A DNA stretch of 64,000 nt from Alphaproteobacteria bacterium (GCA_964291265.2 OZ219747.1:4352001-4416000), one strand, 5' to 3'. Shown: positions 9,734 through 18,848, numbered from the stretch's first letter. Program-made: numbers and translations. Notes: a model not told the origin generated them from the sequence alone.

Positions 9734-12543
9734 CGCCCGATGACCTTCGCCTGATCGAGGACTACCTGCCGCTGGATGTGCTCAATGCCCTCGCGTTGAA
9801 GGAGAAGAAGCATCCCCAGCGCTATGCGGCCCTGATTCACTACTGGCCAGCGCGTCGTCCCACCACGGCATGCCGAGCCTCCATCTACGCCGCATTGGCA
9901 CCGGCACCGCTCACCGATGCCGAACGAGACGAAGCCGCATCCTTCGTAGCGAAGCTCGCCGCCTACAATCCCGATTCCGACACGGTTTCCAAGGCGCGCA
10001 AGAAGATCAGGGAATTGAACGGCGGGCAATCACCCAAGGTCCTCGACATGTTCGCCGGCGGTGGGGCCATTCCACTCGAGGCAGCGCGGTTGGGCTGCGA
10101 GAGTCATGCCGTGGACTACAACCCTGTCGCCCATCTGATCGAGCTCTGTACGCTCGTCTATCCGCAATCCTTCGGCACAAAGCTGGCCGATGACTTCCAG
10201 CGTTGGAGTGTCGTGATCCTGGACCGAATGCGCAATGAGGTCGGCGATCTCTACCAGCCGATCGAGTTGCCGCAGACCGCAGAGACCACTAAGCAGGAAC
10301 CTCAGCCGGGTCAACTTTTCGACAACACCGAGCCCGTATCCGGCACACGCGTCGATCCTGTCGCATACATCTGGGCGCGCACCGTGCCCTGCCGTCACCC
10401 CGGATGTTCTGCTCCCGTCCCGCTGGTCAGGCAGTCGTGGCTGCGGAAGAAGGGCCGCGCTATCGCCGCCGTGCCGCGAATCGAAGACGGCAACCGGCTG
10501 TGCTGGGACATCGTGACCGGCGCCACCGCCCGCGAAGTATCGCAGCACACTGACCAGACCGGCGCCGGCCAGGCGGCCTGCGCGGCCTGCAACACGCCGG
10601 CGCCCGCCGATTACGTCAAGGAAATGGCGGCTGCCGGGCGCATGGGCGAATCGCTCGCCGCCGTCGTGGCCGCGCTGCCGCCGAAGAAGCCGAAGAGCAA
10701 GAGACGCTCCAAGGTCTACCTGCCACCGTATGCCGGGATCTCACTCGCGGTCGGTGATGTCGAGCACCGTCTGAACACTCTTGAGACGGAACTTGGTTTC
10801 ACCCGTCCCGAAGAGGAACTCCAGGGGAAACTGCGTGACCAGTTGCCTGCCTACGGCTTCGAGACTTACCGAAAATTGTTCACGACCCGACAACTGCTTG
10901 TCCTGTTTACCCTCATCAAGCACATTCGACGAGCCCATGCGGAGATGCTCGCAGATGGAATGATAGAGGATCGAGCAAAGGCCTTGGCGACCTTCTTCGC
11001 AATGGCCTTCGGAAGGTTCGTGATCGCGTTCAACAAGTTTTCGCGATGGTATCCGAAATATCAGAGTACAATGGGAGCAATCGGCGATCGCCAGGCCCTC
11101 AAGATGGTGTATGATTTTTCCGAGATCAACGCTCTCGCCAGCACGCAAGGCTGTCTGTCACATGCGTTTGAACGCGAAATCTTCTGCATACGGGAACTGG
11201 CCAAGATCAAGAATTCTTGTGTTGTCACTAGGGGAAACGCCGAGAAGCTCTTCTACGATGACGAGACATTCGACGCGGTGGTCACGGATCCCCCCTATTA
11301 CAGCAGCATCTACTATGCCGACCTGTCGGCCTTCTTCTACGTCTGGCTGAAGCGAATTGTCGGCGACCTCTATCCAGAGCACTTCACGCTTCCAACGCCT
11401 CCCAAGCGTCGCGAGGCCGTGGCACAACCGAGCGAGCACGACGGCGATGCGGAGAAGGCCAAGGCGCACTATGAAAGCACGATGCGCAACTCGCTCGCGG
11501 AAGCCCGGCGGGTGCTGAAGCCGGGAGCGCCCCTGGTGTGCGTTTACGCGCACCGCACGACCGAGGGCTGGGCGACACTGATCCGCGCACTTGTTGGCGC
11601 GGGCATGACCGTCACCGAAGCCTGGCCATTGCAAACCGAAGCACGTGGCCGCGCCAACGCGCTTGATGCCGCCGTACTCTCCGACAGTATTTTCTTCGTC
11701 GCCCGGCGGCGTGAACAGGCCGTCGCTGGACAGTACGAAACGGAAGTCAAGCCACAGCTTGGCCAGATCGCGCGCGAGCGTGTGCGGACCCTGTGGAACG
11801 GCGGCAAGGGCATCGGCGGAGCCGACCTCCTGATGGCAGCCGTCGGTGCCGGTCTGCGCGCCTATACACAGTTTGCCGGGGTTGACTACGCCAACGGCGA
11901 GCCGGTCTCCGCCGAGCAGTATCTGCGCGATGTCGAAGGGGTCGTGCTCGATGTGATCCTCGATGAGATATTCGGCCTTCGGGGCGCGGCGGTCACGGCC
12001 GTCGATTCCATCACCCGGTTCTACATCTTGTGGCGGTTCACCTACCGCGAATCGGCCATCGAGGCGGGTGACGCCTACGTCTTCTGCTACCCGCAAGGAA
12101 TCGAAATAGACGGCCCCGAGGGACTGACAGGCACCGCTCCAAAGCTTGTCGAGAAATCCGGTGGCAAGTTCCGCGTGCGAGACTACATCGAGCGCGGGGA
12201 TGACGAAGCACTTGGCCTCCCTGCGAATGGCAGGGCCGCGCCGCTGGTCGACGTTCTGCACCGACTGCTTTACGTGCTCGAGAAGCGGCCGGCCGCGGTT
12301 CAGGAATATCTTGAAGCAGTCCGCCCGAATGGAGAACAGCTTCGACTTGTTGCGCAAGCGTTATCGGCCCCGGTTCTCGGGCGACCGAACACACCGGACG
12401 CGTCGCCAACTGCCGAACTCGGGGCACTCACTCGGCTCAATGCCAACTGGCGAAGCGTCGTCGAGGGAGCCGCGTATGCGCGTGAAATGGAGTCGTTGGC
12501 AACCGGGCGGCAGGATCTGTTCAGCGGAGACGAATCTCGATGA
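9730..12543 (+). CDS. DUF1156-domain adenine-specific DNA methyltransferase
   Basis: HYWPARRP N-terminal motif, DMFAGGGAIPLEA (SAM motif I), TDPPY (motif IV), two Cys pairs; ATGA overlap with the helicase. Confidence 0.92.
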   Translation: MTPDDLRLIEDYLPLDVLNALALKEKKHPQRYAALIHYWPARRPTTACRASIYAALAPAPLTDAERDEAASFVAKLAAYNPDSDTVSKARKKIRELNGGQSPKVLDMFAGGGAIPLEAARLGCESHAVDYNPVAHLIELCTLVYPQSFGTKLADDFQRWSVVILDRMRNEVGDLYQPIELPQTAETTKQEPQPGQLFDNTEPVSGTRVDPVAYIWARTVPCRHPGCSAPVPLVRQSWLRKKGRAIAAVPRIEDGNRLCWDIVTGATAREVSQHTDQTGAGQAACAACNTPAPADYVKEMAAAGRMGESLAAVVAALPPKKPKSKRRSKVYLPPYAGISLAVGDVEHRLNTLETELGFTRPEEELQGKLRDQLPAYGFETYRKLFTTRQLLVLFTLIKHIRRAHAEMLADGMIEDRAKALATFFAMAFGRFVIAFNKFSRWYPKYQSTMGAIGDRQALKMVYDFSEINALASTQGCLSHAFEREIFCIRELAKIKNSCVVTRGNAEKLFYDDETFDAVVTDPPYYSSIYYADLSAFFYVWLKRIVGDLYPEHFTLPTPPKRREAVAQPSEHDGDAEKAKAHYESTMRNSLAEARRVLKPGAPLVCVYAHRTTEGWATLIRALVGAGMTVTEAWPLQTEARGRANALDAAVLSDSIFFVARRREQAVAGQYETEVKPQLGQIARERVRTLWNGGKGIGGADLLMAAVGAGLRAYTQFAGVDYANGEPVSAEQYLRDVEGVVLDVILDEIFGLRGAAVTAVDSITRFYILWRFTYRESAIEAGDAYVFCYPQGIEIDGPEGLTGTAPKLVEKSGGKFRVRDYIERGDDEALGLPANGRAAPLVDVLHRLLYVLEKRPAAVQEYLEAVRPNGEQLRLVAQALSAPVLGRPNTPDASPTAELGALTRLNANWRSVVEGAAYAREMESLATGRQDLFSGDESR

Positions 12544-15443
12544 GCGCCCATCCCCGCCCCTGGCTGCAGTGCGTTGAGCTTCATCCCGATGTGCTTTCCG
12601 ACGATTTCTCCGAGGATATCTTTGCGCTCGATCTTGGCACCCTGGCTGACTACCTGATCGGCAAGGAGCAGGAGCGGCCCGACCCGGAGCTGAGGCGCGT
12701 CCCGGCGGTGTATCGCGATGCCCGCAGCTTCTTCGACGCTTCGTATCTGACGAGCGGCCTCAAGTCCCTCCTCGAAGATGTGCTCGGACGCCTTTCCGGC
12801 GCCGGAGGCAACCGGGTGCTCAGATTGCAAACGCCCTTCGGTGGCGGCAAGTCTCATACCCTGGCTGCCCTGCTGCACGCAGCCCGAACCCGCGCGGCGC
12901 TCGATGCGCTGCCGGAAGCGGCCGAACTTCCGAGACCGGAGGGTGTGCGCGTCGCGGTCGTCGATGGACAGTTCTTCGACCCGACCAACGGGAAACGAGC
13001 TTCCGGTACAGACATCAACGCGAGGACTCTCTGGGGCTGGGTCGGCTGGGCGCTCGGCGGCCGGCAAGGCTATGACCTGGTGCGCGCACAGGACGAGGCC
13101 CGGGTCGCGCCGGGCGCCGACGCGCTAGTCGAACTGCTCAAGGGCGGGCCGAGCCTGATCCTCCTCGACGAGCTGCTGCAGTATCTCATAAGTGCCGGCG
13201 GAATACGCGTCGAGCAGACCACACTCCGCGACGAGACGTTGTCGTTCCTTCAGCGGTTGACCGCAGCGGTCGGGAGTGTGGACAACGCAGTACTGGTTTA
13301 CTCGCTGCAGTCAAGCAAGCGCGAGTCCCTCGAATACACCAGCCTGCTCCAGACCGTTGAGCATCTGGCGGACCGCAAGGACCAGCGCCGCGAACCGGTG
13401 GAAGGCAATGAGGTCCTCAACGTCATTCAGCGCCGGCTGCTCGCCGGGGTGCCTGATGCGAGGGTGACGAGCACCGTAGCAGACGCCTATGGTGAAAGGT
13501 TCACGCAGATGCACCGCGCCCACGCGCAGGGTGAACCGGAGCGTCTGCAGGCAGAAGACGAAGGTGCCGCGCTGCGTGAACGGATCAAGGCGTCGTATCC
13601 GTTCCACCCCGCCCTGATCGACCTGATGCGTGAGCGCTGGGCAGCCCTTCCGGACTTCCAGCGCACCCGCGGCTCACTGCGTTTCCTGGCCTCCTGCCTC
13701 CGCGCAGCCCACCGCACGGGCGCCTCCGGCTTGCTACTCGGGCCCGGCGACGTTCCCATTCAGGAAAACGATGTGCGCCTTGCCTTCTTCAAGGAGGTCG
13801 GCCAGCGCGAGGACTTCCAGGCGTGCCTGGAGCACGACTTCGTCGGCGCCAACGCGCGCGCCCGCCGCATCGACGACCGGCGCGCCTGGGAAGTCACGGC
13901 CGAGGCAGGAAAGCAACCAGCCTCCCGTCTTGCCACCACCATGCTGCTCTACTCCTTCGGCGGGCTGCGTCGGGGAGAGGGGGAGCACGGCGACCTGCTG
14001 CCACCCGGCATCGGCGAGCCAGAACTGCTCGGCGCGAGCATCGGGCCCGACCTCGACACAACCACCGTCCAGGCTTGCCTCAAGGAGCTCAAGGAGCAAT
14101 GCCTGTACCTGCATTTCGATGGCGTACGCTACTGCTTCAAGAGGGATCCCAACGTCACGTTGCTTGTCGAACAGGAAGCCGATGCCGTCGGCAGGGACGA
14201 AAGTCGAGTTCACGCACGCATCCGCTACATGCTCGAAGAGCGACTTGCCGGACAGCGCGCTATCGTCTGGCCGGGCAAACCGAGCGATGTGCCGGATCGG
14301 GAGCCGCACTTCCAGATCGTCTACCTGCCGCTCGAGTTCGCAGCGCGACCGGACGCCGAGCAGCGCCGCGAGGCGCTCGTGCTGTGCGAGCAGTTCGGCA
14401 ACCGGCAACGCGAATTCCGCAACGGCCTCGGGCTTGCTGTTCCAGCCGCCAATCAGGTTGAAATTTTGCGGCGCAGCGTGCGCTATTTGCTCGCGGTCGA
14501 GCGAGTTCAAGGGAAATGGCGCGAGCACAACCTCACCAACACGCAACGAAGCCAGCTCAAGGAGCGCGGCGCTACGGAGACTGCGGCGACCGAATCCGCG
14601 TTGCTTCGGCTCTATGACGAAGTCTGGTTGCCCGCGGCCGGCGAAAGAAAGCTGACCATCGACTCGGTCAGCCTGGGGGGGCGCCCCCTACAGATCACGC
14701 TCGACGACAAGAAGCGCGCGCTCATTCACCAGCGCCTGATGGAACTGCTGACGAATGTTCAGCGGCGGGTGTTCACAACGGTGGCGCCCGGAAAGCTCGT
14801 CGAGCTCTTCAAGCTAGGTGAGCCAGGCAACCACGCTTCTGGCATTGCCACCGACAAGGTGCTGGCCGGCTTTTTTGAATTCCTCGGATTCCCGCGCATA
14901 CTCTCCGTCGAAGCGGTGCGCAGGGCCGTCGCTCGAGGGGTGGAGACCGGCCTCTTCGGCTTTGTCACCGGGCGCCCTCCACTTGGCGATGATGGCCGTT
15001 ATCGGATCGACCGGAGCCGCGTCGCATTCGAGCGTAGCGTCGCCGACGACGAAATCGATCTCGATTCAGGCTTTCTCATCGTTCCGGAGGCGCTACCGGA
15101 AAAGCCCGCTGCTTCGGGGACAGCGACAGGTGACGGCAACCGTTCTGGCGAAACCGCAGGTAAATCAGGGGTCAGTGGCGGGACCGAAACGAACGGTGTT
15201 GCGGAAAACGATACGACCTCCACCGAGGCTTCCGACGCACGGGGAGTCACCCTGCACTTCACTGCGCGCCAGAGCGATCTGTATGGGGCATGGAACGCCC
15301 TCGGCAACCTCACCGAGGTTGCGGGCGAAGTCACCATTGAAGCCAGAGCCAAGCTGCCAGAAGGCTACGACAGAGCCAAGCTGGAGAACGGGGTGATCGA
15401 GCCACTCCGTGAACTCGGTCTGATTGCGGATGAGAACGGATGA
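12540..15443 (+). CDS. DUF499-family AAA+ ATPase
   Basis: LQTPFGGGKSH Walker A, LILLDE Walker B, SYPFHP, FQRTRGSLR; ATGA overlap with the methylase. Confidence 0.9.
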   Translation: MSAHPRPWLQCVELHPDVLSDDFSEDIFALDLGTLADYLIGKEQERPDPELRRVPAVYRDARSFFDASYLTSGLKSLLEDVLGRLSGAGGNRVLRLQTPFGGGKSHTLAALLHAARTRAALDALPEAAELPRPEGVRVAVVDGQFFDPTNGKRASGTDINARTLWGWVGWALGGRQGYDLVRAQDEARVAPGADALVELLKGGPSLILLDELLQYLISAGGIRVEQTTLRDETLSFLQRLTAAVGSVDNAVLVYSLQSSKRESLEYTSLLQTVEHLADRKDQRREPVEGNEVLNVIQRRLLAGVPDARVTSTVADAYGERFTQMHRAHAQGEPERLQAEDEGAALRERIKASYPFHPALIDLMRERWAALPDFQRTRGSLRFLASCLRAAHRTGASGLLLGPGDVPIQENDVRLAFFKEVGQREDFQACLEHDFVGANARARRIDDRRAWEVTAEAGKQPASRLATTMLLYSFGGLRRGEGEHGDLLPPGIGEPELLGASIGPDLDTTTVQACLKELKEQCLYLHFDGVRYCFKRDPNVTLLVEQEADAVGRDESRVHARIRYMLEERLAGQRAIVWPGKPSDVPDREPHFQIVYLPLEFAARPDAEQRREALVLCEQFGNRQREFRNGLGLAVPAANQVEILRRSVRYLLAVERVQGKWREHNLTNTQRSQLKERGATETAATESALLRLYDEVWLPAAGERKLTIDSVSLGGRPLQITLDDKKRALIHQRLMELLTNVQRRVFTTVAPGKLVELFKLGEPGNHASGIATDKVLAGFFEFLGFPRILSVEAVRRAVARGVETGLFGFVTGRPPLGDDGRYRIDRSRVAFERSVADDEIDLDSGFLIVPEALPEKPAASGTATGDGNRSGETAGKSGVSGGTETNGVAENDTTSTEASDARGVTLHFTARQSDLYGAWNALGNLTEVAGEVTIEARAKLPEGYDRAKLENGVIEPLRELGLIADENG

Positions 15444-15495
15444 TCCTGCCTGCCAGCCGCTACCGCCGATCGAGATCTTCTGGAATGACCGAACC

Positions 15496-15651
15496 ATGAT
15501 ACTCAAGCGACTGCGAAACACGGAGTTTCAAAGCATCCGGGATTCGATGGACTTCAAGACCGGCGAGGTTGCCTGTGTTGTCGGGAAGAATGACGCAGAC
15601 AAGGTCGCGCTGCAGGAACACTTTGTTAACGGGCCTGAAGTTCTGACTTGA
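15496..15651 (+). pseudogene. Truncated N-terminus of an ABC/OLD-family (AAA_15-like) ATPase
   Basis: MILKRLRNTEFQSIRDSMDFKTGEVACVVGKNDADKVAL is a decayed 'vGkNeaGKt' Walker A region; the ORF ends at the IS terminus (15652). Confidence 0.65.
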
Positions 15652-16692
15652 CAGGGACCGAGCATGCTTGAGGCGACCCTTGCTCTCTGTGCACCGGTTT
15701 CAGTGGCCGTTACTGGTGCACCAGAGCTTACACGGCACGCTTATCGGAGCGTTCAAACACAGCTGTCCTGCCACGCTGTTCGGCAGCGCGTTCCCGGTAC
15801 ATCGCGCCGGGCCAGGAGCGACGGTTCATCCGCCGAACGGGATGAGGATGGCGTCGAGTGCGTCCTCGGCGCAGGCGGCGTCATGCCCGTTGGCCTCAGG
15901 CATGTCGTTGACGCGTCCACCGCAGCTCGCGATGGCAACGGTGGCGGTCGTCAGGCAGGAAAGGTGGCGCGACAGATGGCGCACATGGCCCCTGCAACGA
16001 TCCTCGTCACAGGTGAAGTCGCGTACGTAGTGAAGTCGATTTCCATGACCCAACGTTCGCGCACGAGCGCCAGAAGCATCTCGGGTCCGGCGTGTTCAGG
16101 ACAGAACGAGCGCCAGTTCGCCGTGCGCCAGCAGGTTCCAGCGAAGCACGAGACGTTGACGAACGTCCGCCGAGGAAAACCGGATATCCATGTGCGGCTT
16201 CGATGTCGGCGGACAGACGCCGAAGGCTCAGGCCGAGCACACTCAGACGCCGGGTTCGGCGCCCCTCTCAATCCAGGAATGACGAACCGGGAGTTGTTCG
16301 CGATCAGATGCAGTCACCGGAACTGCTGCTCCGTAATCCAGCCGATCCAGCGGTTGCGTGCAGCAAGCTTGAACGCGCCCGGCTGCCAGCCGACCAGCGC
16401 CACCCAGGTCTCGCCGTGCAGGGCGACATGACGCAGGTCCCTTGCGATGATGCCGTGACACCGCGGGTCGTGATGCTCCTTCGCCAGACGGTCCCGAAGC
16501 CAGTGCTCACGTGCGCCACAGCTCGGGCGCACCGTCACCTTGCGAAGGTCGATGGAGAAATTCGGGGTCGCAAGAGTCATCATGACCGGCACACTGCCAC
16601 AGAAAAGATGGTGATTTTGGTTACTTCGAGTCGGTCTTCCGAGCACCCAACGGACTCCCGCATGGGAACTCTGTGCTTGAACAAACATCCTG
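15652..16692 (-). mobile_element. Decayed ISAs1-family element whose transposase has an N-terminal DUF4338 (DruA-like) domain; DDE core deleted
   Basis: WVALVGWQPGAFKLAARNRWIGW, LGLSLRRLSADIEAAHGYPV, FAGTCWRTANWRS joined directly to NRLHYVRDFTCDEDRCR; internal stop at 16314 and frameshifts; terminus cagggacc at 15652; far end approximate. Confidence 0.8.
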
Positions 16693-16714
16693 AAAGGATG
16701 CTTGTTATGGAGAT

Positions 16715-18115
16715 GTGTCCTTGATAGGCGAAGACGTCAAGGCGTTGGCCTCGACGGGCGAGTCCGAGGTGCTGGAGTTCAAGAGCACCACCGGAGCGCG
16801 CCGCGAGGCGGCGGCGACCGTATGTGCCATGCTGAACCAGCGCGGTGGATATGTGCTGTTCGGAGTTGCGCCGGACAGCCGTGTCGTGGGTCAGCGGGTT
16901 GGCGAACGGACAATCGAACAGGTGAGTGCTGAAATTCAGCGGATCGAGCCGCCCGCGTTTCCGGAAATCGAGCGGGTCCGCCTATGGGAGGATTTGGAAG
17001 TCATCGCCGTTCGAGTGAGCCCCGGGTCATCGCCACCGTATCAGTACCGGGGAACCTCCTATCTGCGTGTCGGCAATACCACGCAGACCATGTCCGCCGA
17101 GGAATACAATCGCACGCTTTTCGAACGCATGCACAGCGAACGACGTTGGGAGAACCAGCCCGCCGACGGGTGGACAATAAATGACCTGGACCTCGCAGAG
17201 ATCCGCAATACGGTCGCGGAGGCTGTGCGGATCGGCCGTCTTGACGAGCCCGGTGGCCGGAATGCAGAGGAATTGTTGCGCGGGTTGGGCCTGCTCCGCG
17301 GCGGGAAGCTGTTCCGGGCCGCCGCAGTGTTGTTCGGAAACACGGAGCTCCTCGAGAGTGAAATGCCGCAGTGCCTGCTCCGCGTAGCTCGTTTCCGGGG
17401 TGTTGACCGTTCGGAGTTTCTTGACAACCGTCAGTTCATTGGGAACGTCTTCACCCTGCTCAGGAGTGCCTCGCGCTTTCTGCGTGATACGCTCCCAATC
17501 GCAAGCCGCTTCGAGTCCGGTCACATGGCGCGCATCGACGAACCGCTATACCCTCCTCTTGCTACGCGGGAGGCACTGGCGAACGCCTTGTGTCATCGAG
17601 ATTATGCTATGGGCGGTGGCTCAATTGGGCTGGCAGTCTACGACGACCGACTGGAGGTGACTTCGACCGGTCCACTGCACTTCGGACTGACTCCGGAGGA
17701 TCTCTTCGGGCCGCATGAGTCGCGCCCTTGGAACCCGCTCATCGCCCGCACATTCTATCGGCGCGGCATCATCGAGGAATGGGGTCGGGGCACGATCAAG
17801 ATGGCGAACCTAGCGACCTCGGCCGGGCTACCACGCCCGGAGATCGAGGAACGGGGCAATTGCGTAACTGTGCGCTTCAGGCGCGCCGACTACGTGCCGC
17901 CTCGACACGACGACGGCGAGCTGACGGAACAGCAGAGGACAGTTTTGACGCTTCTACATAGGTCCGATGGCGCTCTGGCGCTCCGGGACATCCGTGCTGT
18001 TCTGGGGTCCCAGGCAAACGAACGGCGACTACGGGAAGATCTAGCCACTCTGAAGACCAAGGAGTTGGTGGAGTCCACCGGGGTGGGCCGGGGAGCACGC
18101 TGGAAACCCCTGTAG
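16715..18115 (+). CDS. AlbA_2/Schlafen-domain protein with HATPase_c_4 ('RecG C-terminal') domain and C-terminal wHTH
   Basis: GESEVLEFKS...CAMLNQRGGYVLFGV, REALANALCHRDY, PWNPLIAR, IEEWGRG, C-terminal GVGRGARW wing. Confidence 0.88.
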   Translation: MSLIGEDVKALASTGESEVLEFKSTTGARREAAATVCAMLNQRGGYVLFGVAPDSRVVGQRVGERTIEQVSAEIQRIEPPAFPEIERVRLWEDLEVIAVRVSPGSSPPYQYRGTSYLRVGNTTQTMSAEEYNRTLFERMHSERRWENQPADGWTINDLDLAEIRNTVAEAVRIGRLDEPGGRNAEELLRGLGLLRGGKLFRAAAVLFGNTELLESEMPQCLLRVARFRGVDRSEFLDNRQFIGNVFTLLRSASRFLRDTLPIASRFESGHMARIDEPLYPPLATREALANALCHRDYAMGGGSIGLAVYDDRLEVTSTGPLHFGLTPEDLFGPHESRPWNPLIARTFYRRGIIEEWGRGTIKMANLATSAGLPRPEIEERGNCVTVRFRRADYVPPRHDDGELTEQQRTVLTLLHRSDGALALRDIRAVLGSQANERRLREDLATLKTKELVESTGVGRGARWKPL

Positions 18116-18139
18116 AACACAGATAAGCGGATCATGTCC

Positions 18140-18169
18140 GGCCTTTCGCGCTGAATGCGGCGAAAGGCC
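18140..18169 (+). terminator. Stem-loop after the AlbA_2 gene (possible terminator)
   Basis: ggcctttcgc-N10-gcgaaaggcc, a perfect 10-bp stem; no U-tract. Confidence 0.4.
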
Positions 18170-18485
18170 CGGGCGCAGCTACGTTACGGTAGCCGAGACA
18201 GCCAAGGAGCAAGTCGCAGAACCGGGTACCCGCCTGACACCGACGCCAGCCACCAGACAAGCCCCTAGCTTCCGGCAAGTACCCGAAGCGCGGGACTTTT
18301 GATTCGAACGCTGAAAACCCTTCGAATGCCATGGTGCCGCTACCAGCTGAGGAGCATGAGTTACCGATGCGTGAGCGTGGTCACGGCAAAGACGTGGATC
18401 TCTGATTGTGAGTGCAGCTGACGATGGCTTGCTCTTCGCATGCGCGGGTAATCGCCGTGGCACAACGCTGGCCGCGGGTTTCTTT

Positions 18486-18515
18486 AATGAGCCAGAATGA
18501 GCCAGAATAAGCCAA
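18486..18515. repeat. Three tandem 10-bp repeats
   Basis: aatgagccag aatgagccag aataagccaa. Confidence 0.8.
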
Positions 18516-18572
18516 CGCCACATCCTGCAGGGGTTTCCAGCGTGCTACCGCATCCGTGTGGACAACGCTTCC

Positions 18573-18770
18573 ATGTTGGTACGCGAGAAGAACGCCCGAG
18601 GCACCGGTGTCTCTGCCTTGTGAAGAGCGGGCGCAAGGGCGGGCGGGAGCGTCAGCGGACGATCCGCGCTCTCGACCGCAAGGACATACTTCAGGCGAGT
18701 AGAGGCTGAGCCGCCTGATCGCCTCGTTTGCGCGCCATTCGGAGCGGTGGTGGTGCTGAAGGACATGGAG
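18573..18770 (+). pseudogene. IS1634-family transposase N-terminal remnant
   Basis: Across frameshifts: MLVREKNARG / HRCLCLVKSGRKGGRERQRTIRALDRKDILQAS / RLIASFARHSER. Matches the IS1634 N-terminal pattern (YLyLVEs.R.GG+vRQr.i..LGR.D). Confidence 0.65.
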
Positions 18771-18791
18771 CCGGGCGGGAATGCAGCAGAC

Positions 18792-18839
18792 TTGACAACA
18801 GTATCGTTGCCAACTATATTGTTGCCAGCAACTGGGTTG
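18792..18839 (+). promoter_or_regulatory. Sigma70 promoter overlaid by three CAAC-N6-GTTG palindromes
   Basis: TTGACA (18792-18797), 17 bp spacer, TATATT (18815-18820); palindromes start at 18796, 18811 and 18826 (15-bp period). Confidence 0.75.
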
Positions 18840-18848
18840 GGTGGAAAC

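Noticed and set aside
6179-15443. Canonical BREX or DISARM
   Set aside because: No PglZ, BrxA/B/L or DrmA/B/C-like genes were recognised; the gene set fits the DUF499/DUF1156 restriction-like class.
15664-16431. 255-aa plus-strand ORF (and ORF 4984..5928 on minus) as real genes
   Set aside because: They are antisense shadows of the ISAs1 remnants; their mutual similarity reflects the inverted IS copies.
16240-16583. Druantia DruA defence gene
   Set aside because: The DUF4338-like sequence is joined to an ISAs1 transposase tail and is pseudogenised; no DruE-type partner is present.
18747-18848. N-terminal extension of the ATPase from the ORF caller's start at 18747
   Set aside because: The extension overlaps the IS1634 stub and the promoter; the ATG at 18849 is more plausible.
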